A stretch of 42,595 bases of DNA. Origin: a virus. Below are positions 1 to 7,172 of the stretch, piece by piece (positions within the stretch are counted from its first letter, which is position 1; each line of letters opens with the position of its first letter). The notes below the pieces were generated by a model that saw only the letters and a list, made by a program, of their open reading frames with translations, did no database searches and was not told the DNA's origin. The position numbers and the translations under genes are program-made. The stretch lies in the IMG/VR virus record IMGVR_UViG_3300045988_092738; one strand, 5' to 3'.

Positions 1-77
1 CGCCGCATCCCTCTCCTGCTTCACCTGCTCCAGCTCGGCTCGCAGCTTCTCGTTTTCTGCCTCTGTATCGTACAATG
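1..77. repeat. 77-bp terminal direct repeat, copy 1
   Basis: cgccgcatccctctcctgcttc...ctctgtatcgtacaatg recurs exactly at 42519-42595. Confidence 0.95.
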
Positions 78-243
78 CTATATCCAACTCGCTGGCATGA
101 CTCACACTTTCATTGCATCTGTACTTCCAAAATTCAACCTCGGCCTGCAGTGTGGAGAGGGCTGTGGCGGCTTCGTCAAATATATTCCCCGGATTCCCTG
201 CACCGGCTATATGTAACTGCTCAATCAACTTCTCAATGTCCAT
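1..243 (-). CDS. 5' part of junction-spanning CDS (101 aa; coiled-coil, C-terminal KCSCC motif)
   Basis: ATG at 243..241 with GGAGG 7 nt upstream. Frame is open to base 1 (81 codons: MDIEKLIEQLHIAGAGNPG...EQVKQERDAA) and continues in frame at 42518. Confidence 0.6.
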   Translation of the reverse strand, partial: MDIEKLIEQLHIAGAGNPGNIFDEAATALSTLQAEVEFWKYRCNESVSHASELDIALYDTEAENEKLRAELEQVKQERDAA

Positions 244-258
244 CAGGTGTCCTCCTTG

Positions 259-267
259 TGGTATAAT
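259..267 (+). promoter_or_regulatory. Extended -10 promoter (TGgTATAAT) for 286..642
   Basis: tgGTATAAT at 259-267. SD gaggtga at 274-280, ATG at 286. Confidence 0.5.
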
Positions 268-285
268 CGGTGTGAGGTGATTTAT

Positions 286-642
286 ATGCTTTCAGATGAA
301 AATTACAATGCACTTCTTAAATTTCGCTCTGGGCCAGTCAGCGGGAAAATGGATAATCGTATAAGATACTTTCGAGAACAAAAATATATCGAACCAAATA
401 GTTATAAAACAGAGGGCTCACTAGACGATCTATCCATAATCCCAACTTCGTGGCGGCTTACCCCTCGCGGAGAGGACGCGTTAGCAGAGTTTGAGTATCG
501 CGCCAAGCAGGATACCAAGAATGATGCCGAAAAGAAGCGAGAGCGTGTATTTCAAGTGCTTCTTGTTTTTCTCGGCGCAATTATCGGTCTTCTTATTGAG
601 CGCTTCTCTGGCATTACCGATTGGATCAATTCGCTTTTTTGA
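286..642 (+). CDS. Small membrane-anchored protein (soluble N-domain, C-terminal TM helix); counter-oriented moron
   Basis: In-frame ATG (MLSDENYNALLKF...) 5 nt after SD. C-terminal VFQVLLVFLGAIIGLLI hydrophobic helix. AT-rich island on the opposite strand to its neighbours. Confidence 0.6.
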   Translation: MLSDENYNALLKFRSGPVSGKMDNRIRYFREQKYIEPNSYKTEGSLDDLSIIPTSWRLTPRGEDALAEFEYRAKQDTKNDAEKKRERVFQVLLVFLGAIIGLLIERFSGITDWINSLF

Positions 643-644
643 CA

Positions 645-1001
645 TCATGCGTTCTCCTCTCCCTCCGGCGGGCGGCGGTAGGCAAGCCAAGATTCTCCGT
701 ACTCTTCCAGTAAATAACCACGGACAGATATGCCTTGCAGAACAAGGTATTTCTCTCTGTCCCAATACAATAGCCTCCATTGGCTTTTTGCTGGCTCTTC
801 AAGATTTTGAATCCATACAGGCTCTTCATTCATCTCCCGCAGTTCCTCCAGCGTCAGCGGCTCATTTGGCGGGGTGAGGGTGGGCAGGCGTTCCACAAGG
901 TATTCTGCCAGCCATTCCGCAAAACTCCCTGTTTCCGGGTCTGTGCGCTTGGCTTCTATGATGAGGTCAAGCATCGGTTGCTTGTCAATCGCCCTTGCCA
1001 T
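645..1001 (-). CDS. Hypothetical early protein (118 aa)
   Basis: Intact ORF in the early operon, overlapping the next gene by 17 nt. No motif recognised. Confidence 0.55.
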   Translation of the reverse strand: MARAIDKQPMLDLIIEAKRTDPETGSFAEWLAEYLVERLPTLTPPNEPLTLEELREMNEEPVWIQNLEEPAKSQWRLLYWDREKYLVLQGISVRGYLLEEYGESWLAYRRPPEGEENA

Positions 1002-1188
1002 CTTTCAGTGCCTCCGTTTCTGTTACAGTTGTATAAAACCTCTCACAAGTGCTGTGTGCTGCGTTATACGCCGCGCACTTTTCTCCAATACATTCCAGCA
1101 TATATGTCCGTGTCCATGATTGACCGTTCACAGTCATAGACGGGTTAGTATCTGACTGTATCAGCAACGGGCATCCTTTACGCTTCAT
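985..1188 (-). CDS. Small Cys-rich hypothetical protein (67 aa)
   Basis: ORF tightly packed in the operon, with four Cys spaced like a zinc-binding module. Confidence 0.4.
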   Translation of the reverse strand: MKRKGCPLLIQSDTNPSMTVNGQSWTRTYMLECIGEKCAAYNAAHSTCERFYTTVTETEALKDGKGD

Positions 1189-1191
1189 CTT

Positions 1192-1383
1192 TCAGCGCCT
1201 ACCCTCCAACTTATGAAAAACCAAATTCAACAGGCACAGGATCAGCCATATGCCAGTAGCAATTGGCAAAGAAAACCCGATAGAAAAGCACATTGTAATG
1301 AGTTTGATAATGCCAACAGTAATGGCCCAGCTTATTGCGTAACCAACAATCAAGCCAATGACAATAACTAAGCCTTTACGCAT
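1192..1383 (-). CDS. Small two-TM membrane protein (63 aa)
   Basis: [22 protein letters not shown] and [18 protein letters not shown] hydrophobic stretches. Start overlaps the stop of the upstream gene. Confidence 0.5.
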   Translation of the reverse strand: MRKGLVIVIGLIVGYAISWAITVGIIKLITMCFSIGFSLPIATGIWLILCLLNLVFHKLEGRR

Positions 1384-1885
1384 CTTTCAGCGCCCCCAAT
1401 CTTCTCTGCAAATCCTCTATGGCCTCAATTGGTGTTTCTCCTCGTCCTACAGGGATTTTTGTTGTTTCCCAGAACCACATGTTTTCCAGGTCAGAAAGCA
1501 CCTGGTCGAGCGCCAGATTGACGATTCCAGCAACATTTTCGCCAATAACCCAACCGGGCCCGATTTCCTGTATAACTCTAAGCATTTCCGGCCAGAGGTA
1601 ACGGTCATCCTCCTTGCCTCTTCGCTTCCCGGCAAAACTAAACGGCTGGCAGGGGAATCCCCCTGAAATAATGTCAACTGTTCGCAGACCTGTTCGCTCA
1701 TAAAAACTCTCCCCTGTCAGTGTGCGGATATCTCGCCATCCCGGCACATCCGGCCAGTGTTTTTCCAGCACTTTCGTTGGGTAATCAGCCCACTCGCACT
1801 GCCCAGCCGTTTTAAAGCCGGCAACCTCCGCCGCGAGATCCAGTCCCCCAATCCCGGAGAAAAGGGACAGGTGTGTAAAGCTCAT
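1376..1885 (-). CDS. DNA (cytosine-5)-methyltransferase, N-terminal half only (truncated)
   Basis: Motif I FSGIGG, motif [10 protein letters not shown] and motif VI GENVAG are present. ORF stops at 169 aa without motif VIII, TRD, IX or X. Confidence 0.8.
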   Translation of the reverse strand: MSFTHLSLFSGIGGLDLAAEVAGFKTAGQCEWADYPTKVLEKHWPDVPGWRDIRTLTGESFYERTGLRTVDIISGGFPCQPFSFAGKRRGKEDDRYLWPEMLRVIQEIGPGWVIGENVAGIVNLALDQVLSDLENMWFWETTKIPVGRGETPIEAIEDLQRRLGALKDA

Positions 1886-2265
1886 TCCTCCGCCTCCTCA
1901 ATCCCAATCTCCGTCCGTGGATTCTGCTTATCGTAGTAAACGCGGCTGCCGTCGTGCCCAGCCACAATGCAGTAGTTGTCGTCTGCCAGAATCCCCGCTT
2001 CCACCAGAATGTCGTCCACTGCCTGCAGCAGGTTCACCAGATCCGCCCTGCGCCGGGTTGGCAGATAGAACAGGCACCGGACATTGACCGGCGTGCAGAT
2101 CGGCTCTGCGGGCGCCGGCTTCAGAAACCACCTTGCCGCCTCTGCGTACTGTTCATACTGCGGAGACGGCTTCACAAACCGCCGGCCGGTTTTGGCATTG
2201 TACATGATTTGCTGGTGATTCTTCTTCGTCACCGGCGCAAGCGGGATGGTATATCTAAGCTCCAT
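1882..2265 (-). CDS. rusA: RusA-family Holliday junction resolvase
   Basis: 127 aa from the internal ATG ([20 protein letters not shown]...). RusA-like PxxKxR / DxDN pattern ([13 protein letters not shown]...ADDN). Confidence 0.75.
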   Translation of the reverse strand: MELRYTIPLAPVTKKNHQQIMYNAKTGRRFVKPSPQYEQYAEAARWFLKPAPAEPICTPVNVRCLFYLPTRRRADLVNLLQAVDDILVEAGILADDNYCIVAGHDGSRVYYDKQNPRTEIGIEEAEE

Positions 2266-2980
2266 GTCCGCCCTCCAGTTCCAGCATCTTTGCCAGCGCC
2301 TGCTTCTCGTACTCCCCAGGCGTGCCCATGTCCCGGATATCCGGCTTCCCGTCCTTCCGGCGCTGGGGCCGGTTGTCTGCCAGTGCGTCCCAATCCGCCA
2401 GGCACCGGACACCCCTTGCATGCTTGTCCTGCAAGATGGCCCGAATATACGGCCAGTTGGCCTTTTTGCTGTCCAGGGCAATGTCAAAGGCTCTCTTGCA
2501 GACCGCCTCTCCAAGTTCCTCCGCATAGGCCCGCAGTTCATCCAGACACCCCTGGGAGGCAGATGGGTTAATCCGGTTCAAGAAATCGGCCAGTACTGCG
2601 GCGGCGCTTTCTTTTACAACCCCGTCAGGGGTTGTTTTCTTTAAAATATCTTTCTCACACTCACTCTCTACCTCACTCTCTACCTCTCTCTCACTCTCTT
2701 TCTCCTTGCCGGTTTGTTCCGGTTTTGATTTCGGTTTGTTCTCTGTTTGTTCTTCGTTTGATTTTATTTTGTTCAGCCGATTTTCCGCTTTCTTCCGCCC
2801 ATTGTCCAGCGTCGGGCGGATCAGGGTAAAGACAGAGAGTGCAACGCCTGAAAGGGATGGTTCCTGTTCGTCCAGCGCATATCCGATCAGCGCCAAAAGG
2901 ACGCTTGTCTGGTCGCGCTTGGGGAGGTGTTTCAGCGCCTCATAATAGCTCCGGTAGAATGTAAACTGATTTCGTTCCAT
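2255..2980 (-). CDS. Replication initiation/replisome organiser protein with C-terminal DnaD-like domain
   Basis: N-terminal FTFYRSYYEAL motif, acidic low-complexity linker, and C-terminal ...KANWPYIRAILQDKHARG typical of DnaD-domain phage proteins. Confidence 0.6.
   Translation of the reverse strand: MERNQFTFYRSYYEALKHLPKRDQTSVLLALIGYALDEQEPSLSGVALSVFTLIRPTLDNGRKKAENRLNKIKSNEEQTENKPKSKPEQTGKEKESEREVESEVESECEKDILKKTTPDGVVKESAAAVLADFLNRINPSASQGCLDELRAYAEELGEAVCKRAFDIALDSKKANWPYIRAILQDKHARGVRCLADWDALADNRPQRRKDGKPDIRDMGTPGEYEKQALAKMLELEGGHGA
2661..2684. repeat. 12-nt tandem repeat x2 inside a pyrimidine-rich tract
   Basis: tcactctctacc tcactctctacc, encoding the ESEVESEV linker of the DnaD-like protein. 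Confidence 0.8.
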
Positions 2981-2992
2981 ATCCGCGTCCCC

Positions 2993-3415
2993 CTAAAATG
3001 GGAGGCCTTCATCCTCGTCCTCCAGCACGGCAAAGTCCGCAGTCGGTGCAGGCTTTACGCCAGAGTGCGGTGCGCCATTGGCCCCGGCATCCCGCTTTTG
3101 TTCTCCGAAATAGACATTGTCGGCAACTATCTCGGCACTGCGGCGCCTGTTTCCATCTTTATCCTCCCAGTCGCGGATCTGCAGCCGGCCGGACACAACT
3201 GCCATCTGGCCCCGGCCAAAGTATTTGTCCACAAACTCCGCCGTCCCCCGCCAGGCCACACATTCAATGAAATCTGTCTCCCGCTCCGCGCCCTTTTCGG
3301 TATAATCCCGATCTACCGCCAGCGTGAAATTTGCAACAGCCTTCCCGCTCTGTGTCTGGCGCAGCTCCGGCTCTTTTGTAAGCCGTCCCATGATTGTGAT
3401 ATGATTCAGTGCCAT
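2993..3415 (-). CDS. ssb: Single-stranded DNA-binding protein
   Basis: MALNHITIMGRLTKEPELRQTQSGKAVANFTLAV OB-fold N-terminus and acidic tail DEDEGLPF. Confidence 0.95.
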   Translation of the reverse strand: MALNHITIMGRLTKEPELRQTQSGKAVANFTLAVDRDYTEKGAERETDFIECVAWRGTAEFVDKYFGRGQMAVVSGRLQIRDWEDKDGNRRRSAEIVADNVYFGEQKRDAGANGAPHSGVKPAPTADFAVLEDEDEGLPF

Positions 3416-3426
3416 GGCTTTCTCCT

Positions 3427-3720
3427 TTACTTCTGATAGGTCAGCCGGAAGTCATCCCAGTCTGGATATTTCCGGCGCATGTAATCAAAAATCTCGCGTC
3501 TGAGGTATTCCCGCTGCACGCTCTGGTCGTAGAGCCGGTGGCATTCGGGGCAGAGCGTCACAAGATTCTGCTCAATTCCAAGGCCGCCCTGCGCTCTGCT
3601 TATGATGTGTGCATTCGGAATCCCGGCCCGGTGGCAGATCACGCACAGGCCGCGGTCGCGTGCATTGACGCGCTCCTTTACCTCACGCGGGATCGCCAGC
3701 GCCTTTGTCCGCTTTTGCAT
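3427..3720 (-). CDS. HNH endonuclease (97 aa)
   Basis: CVICH...N...H...CPECH pattern (GLCVICHRAGIPNAHIISR...LVTLCPECHRLYD). Confidence 0.85.
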   Translation of the reverse strand: MQKRTKALAIPREVKERVNARDRGLCVICHRAGIPNAHIISRAQGGLGIEQNLVTLCPECHRLYDQSVQREYLRREIFDYMRRKYPDWDDFRLTYQK

Positions 3721-4246
3721 TGCCCCATTCCTCCATCATCCCGGCCAGCTTGTCCGGCGGCAGCGTCTCAATGCCGACCGCCCGGCAGTCCTGCACGATG
3801 TTGTCAATCAGCCGGGACATCTGTTTTGTGTTGTAGGTGGATGAGCCATAATAGGCCCGGATCACAACCCGCTGCCCGTCCGGCGTGAAATCCACCTGTT
3901 CTGTCGGCCATCCAGTACCAAGCTTTTCCCACGCAACACAGAATGTCTTTGCCTCGTCCTGCGTGAGTGTGAAATCTTTGTGCGGGCCAAACTTTTTGAT
4001 TGTCTGCCGGTAGATTTCCTCTTCCTCAATGCCTGTCTCCTGCGCCAGTTTTTCAAGTAGAACCCAGCAATAGGAATTTGCATCCAGACTGCGCTTGTCC
4101 CTGTGCACCTTGATCTCCGCATCGTATCTGGCATCCTTCTTGCCAAGCACAAAGCCCCGGCACGGCGCGGCTTCCTCCGGCCTCAAGCACAACCATACGC
4201 CGGTCTCGTCCGTCAGGATTTTCGCATCACGAAAGGTCAATTTCAT
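3683..4246 (-). CDS. NinB/Orf-like recombination mediator
   Basis: Start at the internal ATG in an ATGA overlap with the upstream stop. DKRSLDANSYCWVLLEKLA and GSSTYNTKQMSRLIDNIVQDCRAVGI resemble lambda NinB RSLDQN...STS...F blocks. Confidence 0.5.
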   Translation of the reverse strand: MKLTFRDAKILTDETGVWLCLRPEEAAPCRGFVLGKKDARYDAEIKVHRDKRSLDANSYCWVLLEKLAQETGIEEEEIYRQTIKKFGPHKDFTLTQDEAKTFCVAWEKLGTGWPTEQVDFTPDGQRVVIRAYYGSSTYNTKQMSRLIDNIVQDCRAVGIETLPPDKLAGMMEEWGNAKADKGAGDPA

Positions 4247-4770
4247 GGCTCCGCTGCACTCCATACAAAGCACCGTTTCCCAGTGGTGATATTGTCAATG
4301 GCAAGCCCGCGAATCATTCTGCTCCTTTCGTCATACGCGATTTTCTCAACGCAAAAGCTGTCATAGCAGGCCGGCTTCCCGCCTCTTTCCCTGATCTGGC
4401 ATTTGTCCGCATTGACAAAAATCTGCGGTGCAGTGTAAAGCTCCCGGCCAATGCCCCAGTTGGTACAGGCCCGTTTAAAACTGTCCGACGCCGCTCCCTT
4501 TTCCTTCTCAATGTTTGATTCCGTGCCGCAGTCAGTTTTCTCCACCCACTCCCGGCGGTCGGCATCATAAATACCAACCGTGCAGTACAATACGCCACCG
4601 ATCACTTCGTGGCTTCTCTGCCAGTACATGGGGCCAACCACTGCATCCAGCATCCGCATATCCACACGGGCATTTTTGTAAAGCAGCAGGCTCACACCGT
4701 ACTGGTTACACTGCCCAATCCGTACTTCGATATCGTCTTTCTCCAGCAGAGGGAAATTAAACTGTTCCAT
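4243..4770 (-). CDS. Rad52/Sak-family single-strand annealing protein
   Basis: KGAASDSFKRACTNWGIGRELY motif. Sits next to SSB and NinB-like genes. Confidence 0.7.
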   Translation of the reverse strand: MEQFNFPLLEKDDIEVRIGQCNQYGVSLLLYKNARVDMRMLDAVVGPMYWQRSHEVIGGVLYCTVGIYDADRREWVEKTDCGTESNIEKEKGAASDSFKRACTNWGIGRELYTAPQIFVNADKCQIRERGGKPACYDSFCVEKIAYDERSRMIRGLAIDNITTGKRCFVWSAAEP

Positions 4771-4996
4771 CGTGTACCTCCTTTAATGGGCAGCTCTGTT
4801 CCCGGTCATATGTATCAAAAATCAGGTTGTGCGTCAGGCGGCACCGGCTTCTCTGCAGCCCGTCCGAGTAGCAGAACTCGCAGTTCTGGCACCACACCCG
4901 ATCCTCCGGAAACCACACTGTCACCTTTGTCTGCATTCTGGTGTAGTATCTCACGCCGTTTGCGCGCATCGTGTTTCCCGCCTTTCTCTCAGCCAT
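4757..4996 (-). CDS. Hypothetical Cys-rich protein (79 aa)
   Basis: ORF in operon, overlapping both neighbours. WCQNCEFC motif. Confidence 0.4.
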   Translation of the reverse strand: MAERKAGNTMRANGVRYYTRMQTKVTVWFPEDRVWCQNCEFCYSDGLQRSRCRLTHNLIFDTYDREQSCPLKEVHDGTV

Positions 4997-5400
4997 GCCG
5001 CATAATCCTCCAGGGCAATGTCGTCCTCCGCCACCCAGCGCCGGGCAAACGCCGCCCGGCCCTTGCCAACGCGGTACGCACTCTGTATCACCCGGTACAT
5101 CTCCGTCCCACAGTACCGCAGATCGCTCCCCAGATACGCCGCATAGAAGTCGGTGGCAACCTTCCGGTCAAACGCATACTGCTCTGCCGTCTCCGGCGTG
5201 ATGGACTCCACGAGGCAGTCCCGGCAGACGCCGTCGAACAGATCTTCCTCCAGATGCCAGCTACCGCATCGTCCGCACTGCCGGGCTGCCTGAAAGCCGC
5301 CGCCCATACACTTTGGGCAACACTCTGTCGTCTCTCCGTGCGGCTCCTGGTACAGATACGGTTCGTCAAACACATGGCCGCACTCTACGCATTTATACAT
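4951..5400 (-). CDS. Zinc-ribbon protein (149 aa)
   Basis: Internal ATG MYKCVECGHVF...CCPKC...CGRCG...CRDC. The longer 260-aa ORF upstream is an alternate frame of the repeat gene. Confidence 0.55.
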   Translation of the reverse strand: MYKCVECGHVFDEPYLYQEPHGETTECCPKCMGGGFQAARQCGRCGSWHLEEDLFDGVCRDCLVESITPETAEQYAFDRKVATDFYAAYLGSDLRYCGTEMYRVIQSAYRVGKGRAAFARRWVAEDDIALEDYAAWLRERRETRCAQTA

Positions 5401-5878
5401 TCTGATCCGCTCCCATCTGCGCCTTTGCCGCCGCAATGACCCCCATGTATGCCTGTGCATAATTGTTGTTCTTATGCTTACTGCGGACTGCCGCTTCCAA
5501 TTGATCCAGGTCGCCATAGAAGCAGCCGGTCGTTGCCCGAATTTTACCGTCCTTGCAACGGAAGAATGTAATGGTGTCGTTTCTGGAACCAATTGGTCCA
5601 GAAGTGAAATAATCCGATGTTTTAAAGATTTCTGCATCGCCGCAGACCCGCGCATCGCCGAAGACCCATGCATTGCCGTAGACCTGCGCATCGCCGTAGA
5701 CCTGCGCATCGCCGTAGACCCACGCATCGTCATTATGCGACAAGTTTTCTTCTTTCTCGATCCAGCCGCCCAACTCCCCGGCCTTTACATCTCCAAAATC
5801 TGCAAGCGCCAGGATCCGGTGCAGTATCCGCCCATTCCATTCCTGCGTCTCATCTATGAGCTCATATTTTTTATTCAT
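5393..5878 (-). CDS. Hexapeptide-repeat (beta-helix-like) protein
   Basis: Start MNKKYELID with SD gaggaaaag. Core is DAWVYGDAQVYGDAQVYGNAWVFGDARVCGDAEI with a 6-aa period. Confidence 0.65.
   Translation of the reverse strand: MNKKYELIDETQEWNGRILHRILALADFGDVKAGELGGWIEKEENLSHNDDAWVYGDAQVYGDAQVYGNAWVFGDARVCGDAEIFKTSDYFTSGPIGSRNDTITFFRCKDGKIRATTGCFYGDLDQLEAAVRSKHKNNNYAQAYMGVIAAAKAQMGADQNV
5634..5723. repeat. 18-nt tandem repeat x5 (coding)
   Basis: gcatcgccg(c/a/t)agacc(c/t)(g/a)(c/t) units. Units 5670-5687 and 5688-5705 differ at one base. Confidence 0.9.
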
Positions 5879-5906
5879 TGACTTTTCCTCCAAACCCGCT
5901 TACAAT
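5878..5906 (+). promoter_or_regulatory. Sigma70-like promoter TTGACT-17-TACAAT, antisense to the early operon
   Basis: ttgact 5878-5883, 17-nt spacer, tacaat 5901-5906. Confidence 0.5.
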
Positions 5907-5912
5907 AGCGGT

Positions 5913-5978
5913 GTACTGGTTTGGCCATTCGGCCATCTTGCCGCTTTCAGAGGTTCCAGCTCTGAGAGCGGCTTTTTT
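5913..5978 (+). ncRNA. Candidate ~65-nt antisense sRNA (OOP-like)
   Basis: Predicted TSS ~7 nt after the -10. Small hairpin tggcc-attc-ggcca, then a 13-bp terminator hairpin plus T6. No ORF. Confidence 0.45.
5940..5978 (+). terminator. Intrinsic terminator, plus-strand oriented
   Basis: gccgctttcagag / ctctgagagcggc (13 bp, one G-U), 7-nt loop, then tttttt. On the minus strand the run is A-rich and upstream of the hairpin. Confidence 0.65.
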
Positions 5979-6258
5979 ATTCATAGTGACAGCTGATTGC
6001 CAGCCCAAGAAATGCCAAAACATTTGCTGCAAATCCTCCGATCATATGGCCTGTCACCGTCAGGGCAAGGCCTGTCAGACCGGCCAATACCAGAATCATA
6101 AATCCCACAATCTGCTTTTCCGCCCGCGACACATATCTCTGCGATTTCTTTTTTAGCCGCCGGTTCACTTCCCGTTTCAGCGCCTCCAGATTCCGCTTTG
6201 TCTCGTGGTTCTGGTTAACAATGCGAATCACATCCTGATCCATCCATTCCTGTGTCAT
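5977..6258 (-). CDS. Small membrane protein (93 aa)
   Basis: Charged N-half, C-terminal IVGFMILVLAGLTGLALTV and IGGFAANVLAFLGLAI helices. Confidence 0.55.
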   Translation of the reverse strand: MTQEWMDQDVIRIVNQNHETKRNLEALKREVNRRLKKKSQRYVSRAEKQIVGFMILVLAGLTGLALTVTGHMIGGFAANVLAFLGLAISCHYE

Positions 6259-6602
6259 TCGGTTTCCCTCCTTTTGTAGGTTTCCATGACGCTTAAAATC
6301 TTGTCGAATACCTCCCGCATCTCTTCTTCCTGCTCTGCCGGGAGCTTTGCAACCGCATCCACGCCATACACCGCCCGCAGCAGCGTTCCCATTGCGTTCT
6401 GAATCGGATAGCCGTATTTACAGCTGACCGTGGTCTGCCCGCCTGTGCTATAGTGGTAGATGTGTTCATAATCAAATGCATCCATCCGCTCCCGGTATGG
6501 CTCATATACCCGCTGATAGGTGGTGCGGTTCCGCTTCTTCTCCTGTTCCCGCTGCTCCAAAAACGCTAAAATCTCCGCTTTCATCTCTGCCGTCATTGCC
6601 AT
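6255..6602 (-). CDS. Hypothetical early protein (115 aa)
   Basis: ORF with SD gagggagg upstream, second gene of the leftward early operon. Confidence 0.55.
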   Translation of the reverse strand: MAMTAEMKAEILAFLEQREQEKKRNRTTYQRVYEPYRERMDAFDYEHIYHYSTGGQTTVSCKYGYPIQNAMGTLLRAVYGVDAVAKLPAEQEEEMREVFDKILSVMETYKRRETE

Positions 6603-6638
6603 TTCCTTGTTGCCTCCCTCGTTCGTTCGTGTTATGCT

Positions 6639-6839
6639 TTAACTGAATAGGTCTTTGAAGTCCCGGTAAGACTTCACCCGCAGCGCGTCCGCAATTCGGA
6701 TTGCCACATCTGCTTTCGGGATTCGCTCTCCCGATTCGTAGCGCTGATAACAAATAGGGGTAATCTTGGCCTTTTCTGCAACTTGCACTTGCGTCAGGCC
6801 GGTTTTGTTGCGCGCTTCAATCAGCTTTATATTTTTCAT
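6639..6839 (-). CDS. Cro-like XRE-family HTH regulator (66 aa)
   Basis: Internal ATG MKNIKLIEARNKTGLTQVQVAEKAKITPICYQRYESGERIP. First gene downstream of the leftward promoter. Confidence 0.75.
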   Translation of the reverse strand: MKNIKLIEARNKTGLTQVQVAEKAKITPICYQRYESGERIPKADVAIRIADALRVKSYRDFKDLFS

Positions 6840-6862
6840 CACCCACTCACTTTCCAGATTTA

Positions 6863-6882
6863 ACACTACCATTCGGTTGTGT
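6863..6882. promoter_or_regulatory. Operator-like site O1 (ACACTACCATTCGGTTGTGT)
   Basis: ACAC-N12-GTGT dyad ends. Shares CCATTCGGT and flanks with O2, 35 bp away. Confidence 0.5.
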
Positions 6883-6891
6883 CATGCTCGT

Positions 6892-6920
6892 ATATTAACA
6901 CATCCATTCGGTAGTGTCAA
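6892..6920 (-). promoter_or_regulatory. Leftward early promoter TTGACA-17-TAATAT
   Basis: Minus strand: ttgaca (6920..6915), 17-nt spacer, taatat (6897..6892). 46-nt leader to the Cro-like ATG. Confidence 0.6.
6898..6917. promoter_or_regulatory. Operator-like site O2 (ACACATCCATTCGGTAGTGT)
   Basis: 15/20 identical to O1. Fills the spacer and -35 edge of the leftward promoter. Confidence 0.5.
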
Positions 6921-6942
6921 CCTTTTATTGGAGGTTTTGACA

Positions 6943-7161
6943 ATGACTTTTTCAGAACGGCTCATTGAACTTAGGAAAGCACGAAATTTGACACAAAAGC
7001 AAGTTTATGAGGGAATCGGTATGTCCATGCTCGGGTATCAACGATATGAGTATGGAGAGCGTGAACCCTCTTATCAAAAGTTGATCGCCTTGGCGGACTA
7101 TTTTGATGTGTCTTTGGATTACCTCTGCGGCAGATCTGACAACCCGGATATAAACAGATAA
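6943..7161 (+). CDS. XRE-family HTH regulator (72 aa), divergent from Cro-like gene
   Basis: MTFSERLIELRKARNLTQKQVYEGIGMSMLGYQRYEYGEREPSYQKLIALADYFDVSLDYL. SD ggagg at 6930-6934. Confidence 0.8.
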   Translation: MTFSERLIELRKARNLTQKQVYEGIGMSMLGYQRYEYGEREPSYQKLIALADYFDVSLDYLCGRSDNPDINR

Positions 7162-7172
7162 AGGAGGATGTC

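Noticed and set aside
1447-1701. 84-aa alternate-frame ORF (…[29 protein letters not shown]…) inside the methyltransferase gene
   Set aside because: It is simply another reading frame of the conserved motif IV-VI DNA (GGFPCQPFS reads as GDSPAS when shifted). The methylase frame carries the real motifs. Similar strings in databases would most likely be mis-framed annotations. No evidence for dual coding.
4951-5733. 260-aa ORF with MRGSTAMRRSTAM repeats
   Set aside because: The N-terminal part is an alternate frame of the 18-nt tandem repeat that encodes the hexapeptide protein. The real gene starts at the internal ATG 5400 (zinc-ribbon protein).
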